Source of the DNA: a virus
Lineage: Duplodnaviria; Heunggongvirae; Uroviricota; Caudoviricetes
Direction: 5' to 3' (one strand)
IMG/VR virus record: IMGVR_UViG_2558860170_000007
DNA length: 48,271 bases
Each line of letters begins with the position of its first letter. Position 1 is the first letter of the stretch. The notes beneath the pieces were generated by a model. It was not told the origin of the DNA. It saw only the letters and a program-made list of their open reading frames with translations, and did no database searches. Positions 36,494-47,283 of the stretch are shown here, piece after piece. The translations under genes and the position numbers were made by a program.

Positions 36494-37576
36494 ATGAAAA
36501 AATTAACAGTGGCAATTTCTGCTGTAGCTGCATCAGTACTGATGGCGATGTCTGCTCAGGCAGCTGAAATTTATAATAAAGACAGTAACAAGCTGGATCT
36601 GTACGGGAAAGTTAATGCTAAGCACTACTTCTCCTCTAATGATGCAGATGATGGTGATACTACTTATGCCCGTCTTGGCTTCAAAGGTGAAACCCAAATC
36701 AACGATCAACTGACTGGTTTCGGTCAGTGGGAATATGAATTCAAAGGCAACCGCGCTGAATCTCAAGGTTCCTCCAAAGATAAAACCCGTCTTGCCTTCG
36801 CTGGCCTGAAATTCGGTGACTACGGCTCCATCGATTACGGCCGTAACTACGGTGTAGCATACGACATCGGTGCGTGGACTGACGTCCTGCCAGAATTCGG
36901 TGGTGACACTTGGACTCAAACAGATGTGTTCATGACTGGTCGCACCACTGGTGTTGCAACTTATCGTAACAACGACTTCTTTGGTCTGGTTGATGGTCTG
37001 AACTTTGCTGCTCAGTATCAGGGTAAAAATGACCGCACTGACGTAACTGAAGCTAATGGTGATGGTTTCGGTTTCTCCACTACTTATGAGTATGAAGGAT
37101 TCGGTGTAGGTGCAACCTATGCTAAATCTGACCGCACTAATAATCAGGTTATCTACGGTAACAACAGCCTGAATGCATCTGGTCAAAATGCTGAAGTATG
37201 GGCAGCTGGTCTGAAATATGATGCGAACAACATCTATCTGGCTACCACCTATTCTGAAACCCAGAACATGACTGTTTTTGGTAATAACCATATTGCCAAC
37301 AAAGCACAAAACTTCGAAGTAGTTGCACAATATCAGTTCGACTTCGGTCTGCGTCCGTCCGTTGCTTACCTGCAATCTAAAGGAAAAGACTTGGGTGCGT
37401 GGGGTGATCAGGACCTGGTTGAATATATTGATGTAGGTGCAACCTATTACTTCAACAAAAATATGTCCACTTTTGTTGATTACAAAATCAACCTGATTGA
37501 TAAGAGCGATTTCACGAAAGCATCTGGCGTTGCTACCGATGATATCGTTGCTGTAGGTATGGTTTACCAGTTCTAA
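36494..37576 (+). CDS. nmpC: Prophage-encoded general porin NmpC/OmpD-type (OmpC/OmpF family), apparently intact
   Basis: Signal peptide [23 protein letters not shown] then [16 protein letters not shown]...; C-terminal ...VGMVYQF. Start taken at MKKLTV (ORF track starts 20 codons upstream). Confidence 0.85.
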   Translation: MKKLTVAISAVAASVLMAMSAQAAEIYNKDSNKLDLYGKVNAKHYFSSNDADDGDTTYARLGFKGETQINDQLTGFGQWEYEFKGNRAESQGSSKDKTRLAFAGLKFGDYGSIDYGRNYGVAYDIGAWTDVLPEFGGDTWTQTDVFMTGRTTGVATYRNNDFFGLVDGLNFAAQYQGKNDRTDVTEANGDGFGFSTTYEYEGFGVGATYAKSDRTNNQVIYGNNSLNASGQNAEVWAAGLKYDANNIYLATTYSETQNMTVFGNNHIANKAQNFEVVAQYQFDFGLRPSVAYLQSKGKDLGAWGDQDLVEYIDVGATYYFNKNMSTFVDYKINLIDKSDFTKASGVATDDIVAVGMVYQF

Positions 37577-37704
37577 TTTGATTACTAAAAGATATGTTGC
37601 GGGAGGCTTTGCCTCCCCAACATATAAGTGGCTCCCTCAAGCCACTTCCTTTAGGAGCACAACCTTGCTTCTAACTATATAAACCTTCTGTTATATATTA
37701 CCCT

Positions 37705-37740
37705 TTATTTTTGGGGGCGTTGCAACGCCCCATTTTTAAT
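37705..37740. terminator. Hairpin terminator between nmpC and Q (bidirectional appearance)
   Basis: TTTTTGGGGGCGTTGCAACGCCCCATTTTT: perfect GC-rich stem at 37714-37731 with T-runs on both sides. Confidence 0.45.
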
Positions 37741-37764
37741 AATTTTTAGTAAACAATTGGCATA

Positions 37765-38148
37765 TTAATTAGAGTTATTAACAACGATATCCATCTCTAA
37801 CCGGATATCTAATGCCATTAACATCCCTTCAATTATGCCCTCAGCCTTCTGTAACCTTTTCCCGATATAACCATCAGAGCAGCAATGCTTACCTGCCAGT
37901 GACATGAATGTCATACCGACTACATAATAATCTACTAATAAATCGTGCAAATCGCTGTTGTTCTTTTTCAGACGGGCCATGCACCCGCAAATAATCATCG
38001 CGTCATCGTCACAACATTGCGGGCGAGATTTTACTTTTGAAGTAATTAATCCCTTAAAACCGGCGGCAATGGACGACCAGGTCACATCTTCATGATTATT
38101 AGCCGCCCACGCTCCCCAACGCTCAAGAACCATCTGAATATCACGCAT
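37765..38148 (-). CDS. Q: Late-gene antiterminator Q (phage-21/DLP12 QuuD-type)
   Basis: [60 protein letters not shown]...; Cys-rich zinc-binding region. Confidence 0.8.
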   Translation of the reverse strand: MRDIQMVLERWGAWAANNHEDVTWSSIAAGFKGLITSKVKSRPQCCDDDAMIICGCMARLKKNNSDLHDLLVDYYVVGMTFMSLAGKHCCSDGYIGKRLQKAEGIIEGMLMALDIRLEMDIVVNNSN

Positions 38149-38233
38149 CAACTTACTCCACAAAAATCAGACCAGAACGCCAATTACAAGCAAAAATCAA
38201 CAAAACAGTATTAGTTGATTGTTATCTCTGACT

Positions 38234-38374
38234 TCATACTCCTGCTCCTGTCAGGGTTTTGGCGTAATTCTTCAGTATTCGGTAATCGGTCAAAACAGAA
38301 CCGGGGAAACGATATAAGCGCAGATGCCCCCAGCGGTGGCGAAGAAGTTCTGCCATATAAAACTCAAACATCAT
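38234..38374 (-). CDS. ylcG: YlcG-like small protein (DUF3927)
   Basis: 46-aa [49 protein letters not shown]; its start overlaps the rusA stop (ATGA); not in the supplied ORF track because it is under 60 aa. Confidence 0.5.
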   Translation of the reverse strand: MMFEFYMAELLRHRWGHLRLYRFPGSVLTDYRILKNYAKTLTGAGV

Positions 38375-38733
38375 TCATTCCCCATTTCGGTGATGGTCAG
38401 TTCCAGCCTCCCACCTTTGGTAACAGGCATCTTCACAACGCGGTAATCAACGACCTGAGCATCATCCAGCCAGAAACCTGCTTTGGTGAGTGCGTCAAAA
38501 GCGGCTTTTTGCAGATTATCCAGGTCACGGCGACGGCGATCCGGCATGTGGCACTCAATACGGATTTTCACTGGCATAGCCAGGCCGATATCCAGCATTG
38601 CGTTTTTAATGATTCGGGTGACGTTATCGCGGTATGCCTGCCCTTCTGCGCTGATGTGTGTGCGCCCGCGATTATGGCGGTAATAGCGGTTATTGCTCGG
38701 AGGCCAGGGTAATGTGATGCTGTAGGTATTCAC
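38371..38733 (-). CDS. rusA: Holliday junction resolvase RusA
   Basis: 120 aa, [38 protein letters not shown]...[26 protein letters not shown]... Confidence 0.85.
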   Translation of the reverse strand: MNTYSITLPWPPSNNRYYRHNRGRTHISAEGQAYRDNVTRIIKNAMLDIGLAMPVKIRIECHMPDRRRRDLDNLQKAAFDALTKAGFWLDDAQVVDYRVVKMPVTKGGRLELTITEMGNE

Positions 38734-39020
38734 GCCTTAATAACCCCCTCTTTCAGCCAGATAACCTGCGTTCTCGCCATACCTTCCAGCGCGCATTCTT
38801 TTGCATACTCAGCATCGACAAAATATGTGCGGCGGTCGATTTCGTCGTGACAGGCAGAACATGCAATGGTGGCAATCAGGTCTGGCGGTTTGATACCGGT
38901 ACCGCACAATCCAGCCAGCCGGATATGTGCCAGTACTGACGTTTCAGGATTGCCATTACATACGCCAGGGATTCTTACCTGGCATTCCCGACCACGCGCT
39001 GCTTTTCTCAAATCAGCCAT
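38730..39020 (-). CDS. ybcO: YbcO-like protein (DUF1364, putative nuclease of the nin region)
   Basis: [62 protein letters not shown]...; Cys/His-rich. Confidence 0.7.
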   Translation of the reverse strand: MADLRKAARGRECQVRIPGVCNGNPETSVLAHIRLAGLCGTGIKPPDLIATIACSACHDEIDRRTYFVDAEYAKECALEGMARTQVIWLKEGVIKA

Positions 39021-39183
39021 GATTCCTCCTTGCTGCCAGTCGCAACCATTTTTTATCAACCAGGCTAGCGGTATATCCGAGCAGTGTTGGTATTTCGGAT
39101 GGCTTCAGCTCAGGCTTACGCTTACGACGATTTGATACTCTGTAGATGTGCCCGTTCATGACACGAATAAGCGGTGTAGCCAT
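39013..39183 (-). CDS. ninE: NinE-like small protein
   Basis: 56-aa [59 protein letters not shown]; start overlaps the ybcN stop (TAATG) and stop lies 3 nt after the ybcO ATG; not in the ORF track (under 60 aa). Confidence 0.6.
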   Translation of the reverse strand: MATPLIRVMNGHIYRVSNRRKRKPELKPSEIPTLLGYTASLVDKKWLRLAARRNHG

Positions 39184-39638
39184 TACGCCTCCTGCTTATC
39201 GCGCAGCTGCTGGTATTCACAGCTCTGCGGAATTGTCAGGTGGCAGCCGATATTCATCGCCCAGGCTTCGACTTTGCACAGGAAGATGTACATCTCGCCG
39301 GTTTCCAGCTCTGACGTATGGCGGAGGGATTGGACGGTGGTGACCTCGCCGGACACGACATCTACACGGTCTTTGCTTTCGTAGCCGAGATAGGTGTGCT
39401 TCATCGCGTCTTTGACCCACTCAGGCGTAGCGAAGGTCTTGCCGCGGGCGATGAGATATTCGCTGATCTCCGTGTACCACATGTGGCTGAGCGCGTTCTG
39501 CGACAGGCTGCGCTTCTCGCGCCACGGCTTAACCTGCAGGCGTAAGCATTGCCCGGCATCCAGCAATGGCTGAATCTGCTGGCCGATGGCCGCGAAGTTA
39601 CCGCGATGGAGTTTGATGCCGTCTACTGGCAGAGTCAT
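39183..39638 (-). CDS. ybcN: YbcN/NinB-like nin-region protein (DUF1367-type)
   Basis: 151 aa, MTLPVDGIKLHRGNFAAIGQQIQPLLDAGQCLRLQVKPWREKRSLSQNALSHMWYTEISEYL... Confidence 0.65.
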   Translation of the reverse strand: MTLPVDGIKLHRGNFAAIGQQIQPLLDAGQCLRLQVKPWREKRSLSQNALSHMWYTEISEYLIARGKTFATPEWVKDAMKHTYLGYESKDRVDVVSGEVTTVQSLRHTSELETGEMYIFLCKVEAWAMNIGCHLTIPQSCEYQQLRDKQEA

Positions 39639-39902
39639 ACGGCCTCCCTAACGGAAACCGCAGAATGCAGAAAATCGCAGGTGCATTTCTGCATCTGTGA
39701 CAAGGTGATGAGTTCAGATTGTGGTCGCATTTAAGTCCCCTTAAATGCGCAGAAGTCACCGGAGTTGTTCAGGCTCCGATGAGAGGATTATGGCGGATTG
39801 ATTACGATAAATCAAAACTATCTTGAAGCCAAAACAGTGATCTTCGCTTTAAAAACCTTGTATACTTTCACCTAATCACAGCCAGAACTATGGATCTAAC
39901 CA

Positions 39903-40280
39903 ATGACCAACAAAGAAAACAAAGATAAATATATTAACAAGTTCAAGAAAGAGCTTTCAAAATATATACAACCAACTGCTGGAGTGGACATTCAATTATT
40001 TAACTCTAAGGATGGTGGTGGTGTAATTAAAGCCACTTTGAATAGAAGTGGAAAAAGAAAATCATCTATTGCTGGTAATTTTACTAAATTAGGTGAGGCA
40101 ATTACCTCGAGTGGGCAGAGGGTTTTTGGTGGTGATCTATCAAATGTGAATTTTTACGGAACAAATACGATTTTTGATGGAGATACAATATTTTTAATTA
40201 AATCACCTGATTCAGAGGAGTGGTCATCACAAAAAGCTTCCAAAGACGTAGAGGGCATCGTATTTGGAGGGAAAAAATGA
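39903..40280 (+). CDS. Uncharacterised small soluble protein, first gene of an AT-rich two-gene cassette
   Basis: 125 aa; Lys-rich N-terminus, Gly-rich motifs (SKDGGGV, VFGGD, IFDGD, VFGGKK); no TM segment; TATACT -10-like hexamer at 39861-39866 upstream; no family recognised. Confidence 0.6.
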   Translation: MTNKENKDKYINKFKKELSKYIQPTAGVDIQLFNSKDGGGVIKATLNRSGKRKSSIAGNFTKLGEAITSSGQRVFGGDLSNVNFYGTNTIFDGDTIFLIKSPDSEEWSSQKASKDVEGIVFGGKK

Positions 40281-40705
40281 TTAACATTACTACTAAGGAT
40301 GGCACTCAAGTCAGTGGTGAAGTAAGAGATCTAGTAATTCTTCTTGAAACTGATGGAAAAACGGTGTCTGATTATTTGCAGCCAATCCCTCCCAAAAAAG
40401 ATACACACTGGAGCATGATTTTCATTCCGGTAGCAATTTATATACTACTTAATCTTGTATACATTATTGCTCACCCATTATTTCCTGAAAAATATCTAAA
40501 AACATCAACATCTATATTTCTATTCATTTCCTTCATATTAAGTGCAATAGTAGCATATTTTGTTTTCCATAAGCATAAATCTGCCACTCTATCCATATGC
40601 AGCTTAGTGTTCTTAGTGTTAATTGTAGGTGCTAACGTAGGGTTTATCAGTTACAGCGACCTAACACAAAAAGCGACGCAAAAATTAGATAGTTTGTCTA
40701 AATAA
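40277..40705 (+). CDS. Uncharacterised small membrane protein (about 3 TM helices), second gene of the cassette
   Basis: 142 aa from the ATG at 40277 (GGAGGG Shine-Dalgarno 5 nt upstream; ATGA overlap with the stop of the upstream gene); about 45-aa soluble N-terminus then three hydrophobic helices. The ORF track gives an upstream alternative start at 40220. Confidence 0.6.
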   Translation: MINITTKDGTQVSGEVRDLVILLETDGKTVSDYLQPIPPKKDTHWSMIFIPVAIYILLNLVYIIAHPLFPEKYLKTSTSIFLFISFILSAIVAYFVFHKHKSATLSICSLVFLVLIVGANVGFISYSDLTQKATQKLDSLSK

Positions 40706-41144
40706 TTATGTTGCCATGCGAAGTATGCATGGCTGCATGTCTGCCTTCCATTTAAAATGGGCTAAGACCTATAACCCTAAATATTATTCTTTATTATCTT
40801 CTTTACCACTTCGGTGATGCTGCCAACTTACTGATTTAGTGTATGATGGTGTTTTTGAGGTGCTCCAGTGGCTTCTGTTTCTATCAGCTGTCCCTCCTGT
40901 TCAGCTACTGACGGGGTGGTGCGTAACGGCAAAAGCACTGCCGGACATCAGCGCTATCTCTGCTCTCACTGCCGTAAAACATGGCAACTGCAGTTCACTT
41001 ACACCGCTTCTCAACCCGGTACGCACCAGAAAATCATTGATATTGTCAGCGCCAGTGATATAAGACGGTAATTCGCCATTTGGATTGTCCGCTCCACCCA
41101 ACATGTTGTTTCCTTAAGGTTCTCACACCAGAAAGGACATCAAC

Positions 41145-43114
<1,970 letters not shown>

Positions 43115-43714
43115 CGAAAGTATTTAGCGGGCATGAAAATGGCAAATAACGGTCAAACATCGTGGCGTTGACAATATGGCCATGAATGGCGTTGGATGCC
43201 GGGCAACTGCACGCATTATGGGCGTTGGCCTCAACACGATTTTACGTCACTTAAAAAACTCAGGCCGCAGTCGGTAACCTCGCGCATACAGCCGGGCAGT
43301 GACGTCATCGTCTGCGCGGAAATGGACGAACAGTGGGGCTATGTCGGGGCTAAATCGCGCCAGCGCTGGCTGTTTTACGCGTATGACAGTCTCCGGAAGA
43401 CGGTTGTTGCGCACGTATTCGGTGAACGCACTATGGCGACGCTGGGGCGTCTTATGAGCCTGCTGTCACCCTTTGACGTGGTGATATGGATGACGGATGG
43501 CTGGCCGCTGTATGAATCCCGCCTGAAGGGAAAGCTGCACGTAATCAGCAAGCGATATACGCAGCGAATTGAGCGGCATAACCTGAATCTGAGGCAGCAC
43601 CTGACACGGCTGGGACGGAAGTCGCTGTCGTTCTCAAAATCGGTGGAGCTGCATGACAAAGTCATCGGGCATTATCTGAACATAAAACACTATCAATAAG
43701 TTGGAGTCATTACC

Positions 43715-43776
43715 CGCTTGCAGTAACGGCGAAAGGGGCAATGACAGCGCTGCCATGTCGACAAGAACTGGAATAG
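43715..43776 (+). pseudogene. cscK: Fructokinase CscK, 3'-terminal fragment (last 20 codons)
   Basis: Frame ...ALAVTAKGAMTALPCRQELE-stop directly after the IS1 right end; begins with the 9-bp sequence CGCTTGCAG that is also found (inverted) beside the IS1 at 48052-48060. Confidence 0.6.
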
Positions 43777-43847
43777 TGAGAAGTAAACGGCGAAGTCGCT
43801 CTTATCTCTAAATAGGACGTGAATTTTTTAACGACAGGTAGGTAATT

Positions 43848-45095
43848 ATGGCACTGAATATTCCATTCAGAAATGCGTACTATCGTTTTGCATCCAGTTA
43901 CTCATTTCTCTTTTTTATTTCCTGGTCGCTGTGGTGGTCGTTATACGCTATTTGGCTGAAAGGACATCTAGGATTGACAGGGACGGAATTAGGTACACTT
44001 TATTCGGTCAACCAGTTTACCAGCATTCTATTTATGATGTTCTACGGCATCGTTCAGGATAAACTCGGTCTGAAGAAACCGCTCATCTGGTGTATGAGTT
44101 TCATCCTGGTCTTGACCGGACCGTTTATGATTTACGTTTATGAACCGTTACTGCAAAGCAATTTTTCTGTAGGTCTAATTCTGGGAGCGCTCTTTTTTGG
44201 CCTGGGGTATCTGGCGGGATGCGGTTTGCTTGACAGCTTCACCGAAAAAATGGCGCGAAATTTTCATTTCGAATATGGAACAGCGCGCGCCTGGGGATCT
44301 TTTGGCTATGCTATTGGCGCGTTCTTTGCCGGCATATTTTTTAGTATCAGTCCCCATATCAACTTCTGGTTGGTCTCGCTATTTGGCGCTGTATTTATGA
44401 TGATCAACATGTGTTTTAAAGATAAGGATCACCAGTGCGTAGCGGCGGATGCGGGAGGGGTAAAAAAAGAGGATTTTATCGCAGTTTTCAAGGATCGAAA
44501 CTTCTGGGTTTTCGTCATATTTATTGTGGGGACGTGGTCTTTCTATAACATTTTTGATCAACAACTTTTTCCTGTCTTTTATGCAGGTTTATTCGAATCA
44601 CACGATGTAGGAACGCGCCTGTATGGTTATCTCAACTCATTCCAGGTGGTACTCGAAGCGCTATGCATGGCGATTATTCCTTTCTTTGTGAATCGGGTAG
44701 GGCCAAAAAATGCATTACTTATCGGTGTTGTGATTATGGCGTTGCGTATCCTTTCCTGCGCGCTGTTCGTTAACCCCTGGATTATTTCATTAGTGAAGCT
44801 GTTACATGCCATTGAGGTTCCACTTTGTGTCATATCCGTCTTCAAATACAGCGTGGCAAATTTTGATAAGCGCCTGTCGTCGACGATCTTTCTGATTGGT
44901 TTTCAAATTGCCAGTTCGCTTGGGATTGTGCTGCTTTCAACGCCGACTGGGATACTCTTTGACCACGCAGGCTACCAGACAGTTTTCTTCGCAATTTCGG
45001 GTATTGTCTGCCTAATGTTGCTATTTGGCATTTTCTTCCTGAGTAAAAAACGCGAGCAAATAGTTATGGAAACGCCTGTACCTTCAGCAATATAG
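43848..45095 (+). CDS. cscB: Sucrose:H+ symporter CscB (LacY-family oligosaccharide/H+ symporter)
   Basis: 415 aa, 12 predicted TM helices, MALNIPFRNAYYRFASSYSFLFFISWSLWWSLYAIWLKGHLGLTG... recalled as CscB; it is separated from the 5' part of cscK and from the csc promoter. Confidence 0.85.
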   Translation: MALNIPFRNAYYRFASSYSFLFFISWSLWWSLYAIWLKGHLGLTGTELGTLYSVNQFTSILFMMFYGIVQDKLGLKKPLIWCMSFILVLTGPFMIYVYEPLLQSNFSVGLILGALFFGLGYLAGCGLLDSFTEKMARNFHFEYGTARAWGSFGYAIGAFFAGIFFSISPHINFWLVSLFGAVFMMINMCFKDKDHQCVAADAGGVKKEDFIAVFKDRNFWVFVIFIVGTWSFYNIFDQQLFPVFYAGLFESHDVGTRLYGYLNSFQVVLEALCMAIIPFFVNRVGPKNALLIGVVIMALRILSCALFVNPWIISLVKLLHAIEVPLCVISVFKYSVANFDKRLSSTIFLIGFQIASSLGIVLLSTPTGILFDHAGYQTVFFAISGIVCLMLLFGIFFLSKKREQIVMETPVPSAI

Positions 45096-45535
45096 ACGTA
45101 AACTTTTCCGGTTGTTGTCGATATCTCCCTATCCCTCAACCGGAAAATAATAATACTAAAGTGCTTAGCCCGGCTAATAATCACCTAATCCAAACGCCTC
45201 ATTCATGTTCTGGTACAGTCGCTCAAATGTACTTCAGATGCGCGGTTCGCTGATTTCCAGGACATTGTCGTCATTCAGCGACCTGTCCCGTGTATCACGG
45301 TCCTGCGAATTCATCAAGGAATGCATTGCGGAGTGAAGTATCGAGTCACGCCATATTTCGCTATCAGGATTCTGTGTGATGGTTACATCGCCCGGCCCAG
45401 GGCTGTTTAGTCATCAGCGCTTTCTGACAGTGCTGAGATTTCAACCTGTTGCAGTAAAAATGAGTAGATATAAGGCAAGTGTGCTGCCAAACCCATCTTT
45501 TACGGGGTGAAGGTAGATTTCGTTTGAAGGGTATC

Positions 45536-45550
45536 TGGTGTCCCCTGCAG
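45536..45550 (-). repeat. att-like copy of the argW 3' end (15 nt, CTGCAGGGGACACCA)
   Basis: Exact 15-nt match to the last 15 nt of argW (2635-2649) in inverted orientation; partial similarity extends a few more bases. Confidence 0.55.
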
Positions 45551-45623
45551 ACATCTACTTGAGGCGGCAGGGGATTGATTGGAATGCTGTTTTTTAGATT
45601 TGAAAAATATTTTACCCGCTATT

Positions 45624-45824
45624 TTACCCATTGGCGCGGCTTAAGAGCTTATTTTTGAATTCACAATGGTCACGATATAACCATCTTGCTCGTCCGTGGA
45701 TAACTTTGGCTTTAGGCAGGTCGCCGGACTTAATCCGGTCATAGATGAAGGTCTTACCGAAGCCAGTATCAGCCATGATGAATTTCAAATCAACCAGTGA
45801 ATCAGGTTGTAGTTCGTGTTGCAT
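45624..45824 (-). CDS. alpA: AlpA-family small DNA-binding protein (prophage regulatory/excisionase-like HTH)
   Basis: 66-aa ORF; ...GFGKTFIYDRIKSGDLPKAKVIHGRARWLYRDHCEF... resembles the AlpA/Xis HTH family; the start may be the internal Met at 45779. Confidence 0.6.
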   Translation of the reverse strand: MQHELQPDSLVDLKFIMADTGFGKTFIYDRIKSGDLPKAKVIHGRARWLYRDHCEFKNKLLSRANG

Positions 45825-45843
45825 GAGTGCTATCTCCGAATAT

Positions 45844-45858
45844 GGAATCGAACCTGCA
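45844..45858 (-). repeat. Second argW-like fragment (T-arm region, GCAGGTTCGATTCC)
   Basis: Reverse complement reads ...CTGATTTGCAGGTTCGATTCC, matching the argW T-arm (2617-2634) apart from a few upstream mismatches; lies immediately upstream of the alpA-like start. Confidence 0.45.
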
Positions 45859-45946
45859 AATCAGGCAATAAAAAGCCGCATTGATGCAGCAATGGTAGGT
45901 CTGGATATCTTGAGAAATGAACAGGCCTCATCGAGTGTGAGGCGGG

Positions 45947-46291
45947 TTAGTCCTTGCGTAGCTCGCTGATTCTTCTGTAAGTCTCTGGTGCTTTGTTCCC
46001 GTACGTCTTCATTTCAGACTTCAACAGAGCAACGAGTGAATCCCATTCGTTGAGGATTCCTTTGAATGCCGGAACGCGCTTTGCAACCTTGTCGAATGAA
46101 TCTCTGATTTCTGGAATCTGCTCAACAAGTGCAACGCATCGCCGAAAGTCTGCTGCGTCATGGGGAGCGCCGAAGTGATGACCATAGATATTCTTTTTCA
46201 GGCCACATGCGATTGAGGCAAGAGTTGCGCTACTGATGCCGACATCGCCAGTTGATTGCCATTTCAAAACCTTCATAGCCAAATCTGACAT
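45947..46291 (-). CDS. Hypothetical protein (114 aa), no family recognised
   Basis: ORF with plausible start; divergently arranged with the downstream membrane protein gene. Confidence 0.4.
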   Translation of the reverse strand: MSDLAMKVLKWQSTGDVGISSATLASIACGLKKNIYGHHFGAPHDAADFRRCVALVEQIPEIRDSFDKVAKRVPAFKGILNEWDSLVALLKSEMKTYGNKAPETYRRISELRKD

Positions 46292-46532
46292 TTCTTGTCT
46301 CCATAAAACAAAACTCGCCGTAGCGAGCTCAGATAAAAGAAATCCCCGTCAGTGCGAGGATGCTGTTCATTGCTGCTATACACTTTTTTGCTCTCAACGT
46401 AAGCGGTAGCCCATTCTGTTGGGTTGGTCAGTTGCTTTTAGGAAATGCTCTTTACCCCTTAAACGTCGGCTGAAAGAGCTAAAATCCATGCAAAAAATTT
46501 ACGCAATTTTGTGTATTATTGTGCAGTAAGTA

Positions 46533-47135
46533 ATGAGCTATTTTCTGTGCAAAAAATGGATGATAAATTTGTCCGGGGCAGGAAAAATTTTATGGGCGCT
46601 AAACATGAAAAAAGATTCGTATCCTTATTTGATTTGCATGACAGTTTCAGGGCTGATCTTTATTTTCCTTTTCTTCTGGTGGCGGGCAGATATCTACAGG
46701 GTCACGTTTCTTAATCAGAGTATATCCCACTATTACATTCTGTTTAGCATGGGAATAGCTTTTCTGTTATCTCTGTTTTGGGTTAAGAAGGGGATAGTAA
46801 AACAAAGCGGCTGGAAGAGTCTGTCAGCATACCTTAAGGTTTATGCAGGGATATGCATATTTTCTGGATTTTTTCTGATTATACCCCTTACAACACTAAC
46901 TTATTTTTTGCCTGGAGAGACATCGTCTTATGTTGCACCGTATCGGTATACTTCCGGTAGTTCAAAAAGTTGTTCTGGAGCTGAGGTGGATGACCCCGAT
47001 CTACATGAGAATATTCGCATTTGCTATCCGTATGGCAATTATGAGTACGATAATATTATCTATGTTGAAAAGAAAATTAATACATTAGGTGCGGTAGTGA
47101 CATATGCACAGACCGCGCGTGATGATACTGAATGA
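46533..47135 (+). CDS. Hypothetical membrane protein (about 4 N-terminal TM helices plus Cys/Tyr-rich C-terminal domain)
   Basis: 200-aa AT-rich ORF; start uncertain (alternatives at 46560 and 46605); C-terminal region contains ...CSGAEVDDPDLHENIRICYPYGNYEYDNIIYVEKK... Confidence 0.45.
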   Translation: MSYFLCKKWMINLSGAGKILWALNMKKDSYPYLICMTVSGLIFIFLFFWWRADIYRVTFLNQSISHYYILFSMGIAFLLSLFWVKKGIVKQSGWKSLSAYLKVYAGICIFSGFFLIIPLTTLTYFLPGETSSYVAPYRYTSGSSKSCSGAEVDDPDLHENIRICYPYGNYEYDNIIYVEKKINTLGAVVTYAQTARDDTE

Positions 47136-47283
47136 GATAGTATATAGCGGGCAAGTTTTAGTTAATTTATCGAGGTAATATAATTTACCTCGACTCGTTT
47201 ATTCTGGTATGAATATTTCGCTTTACGATCGATTTTTATCTGATGATATCATGCGGTTTTCATATACTGACTTACTGTCTTTT

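Noticed and set aside
45096-45535. ORF-free 440-bp stretch downstream of cscB, examined for a tRNA, small RNA or hidden gene
   Set aside because: No cloverleaf-compatible sequence, no convincing start plus ribosome-binding site, and only a weak hairpin (CCGGTTG...CAACCGG) without a T-run; nothing supportable beyond the att-like 15-mer at its edge.
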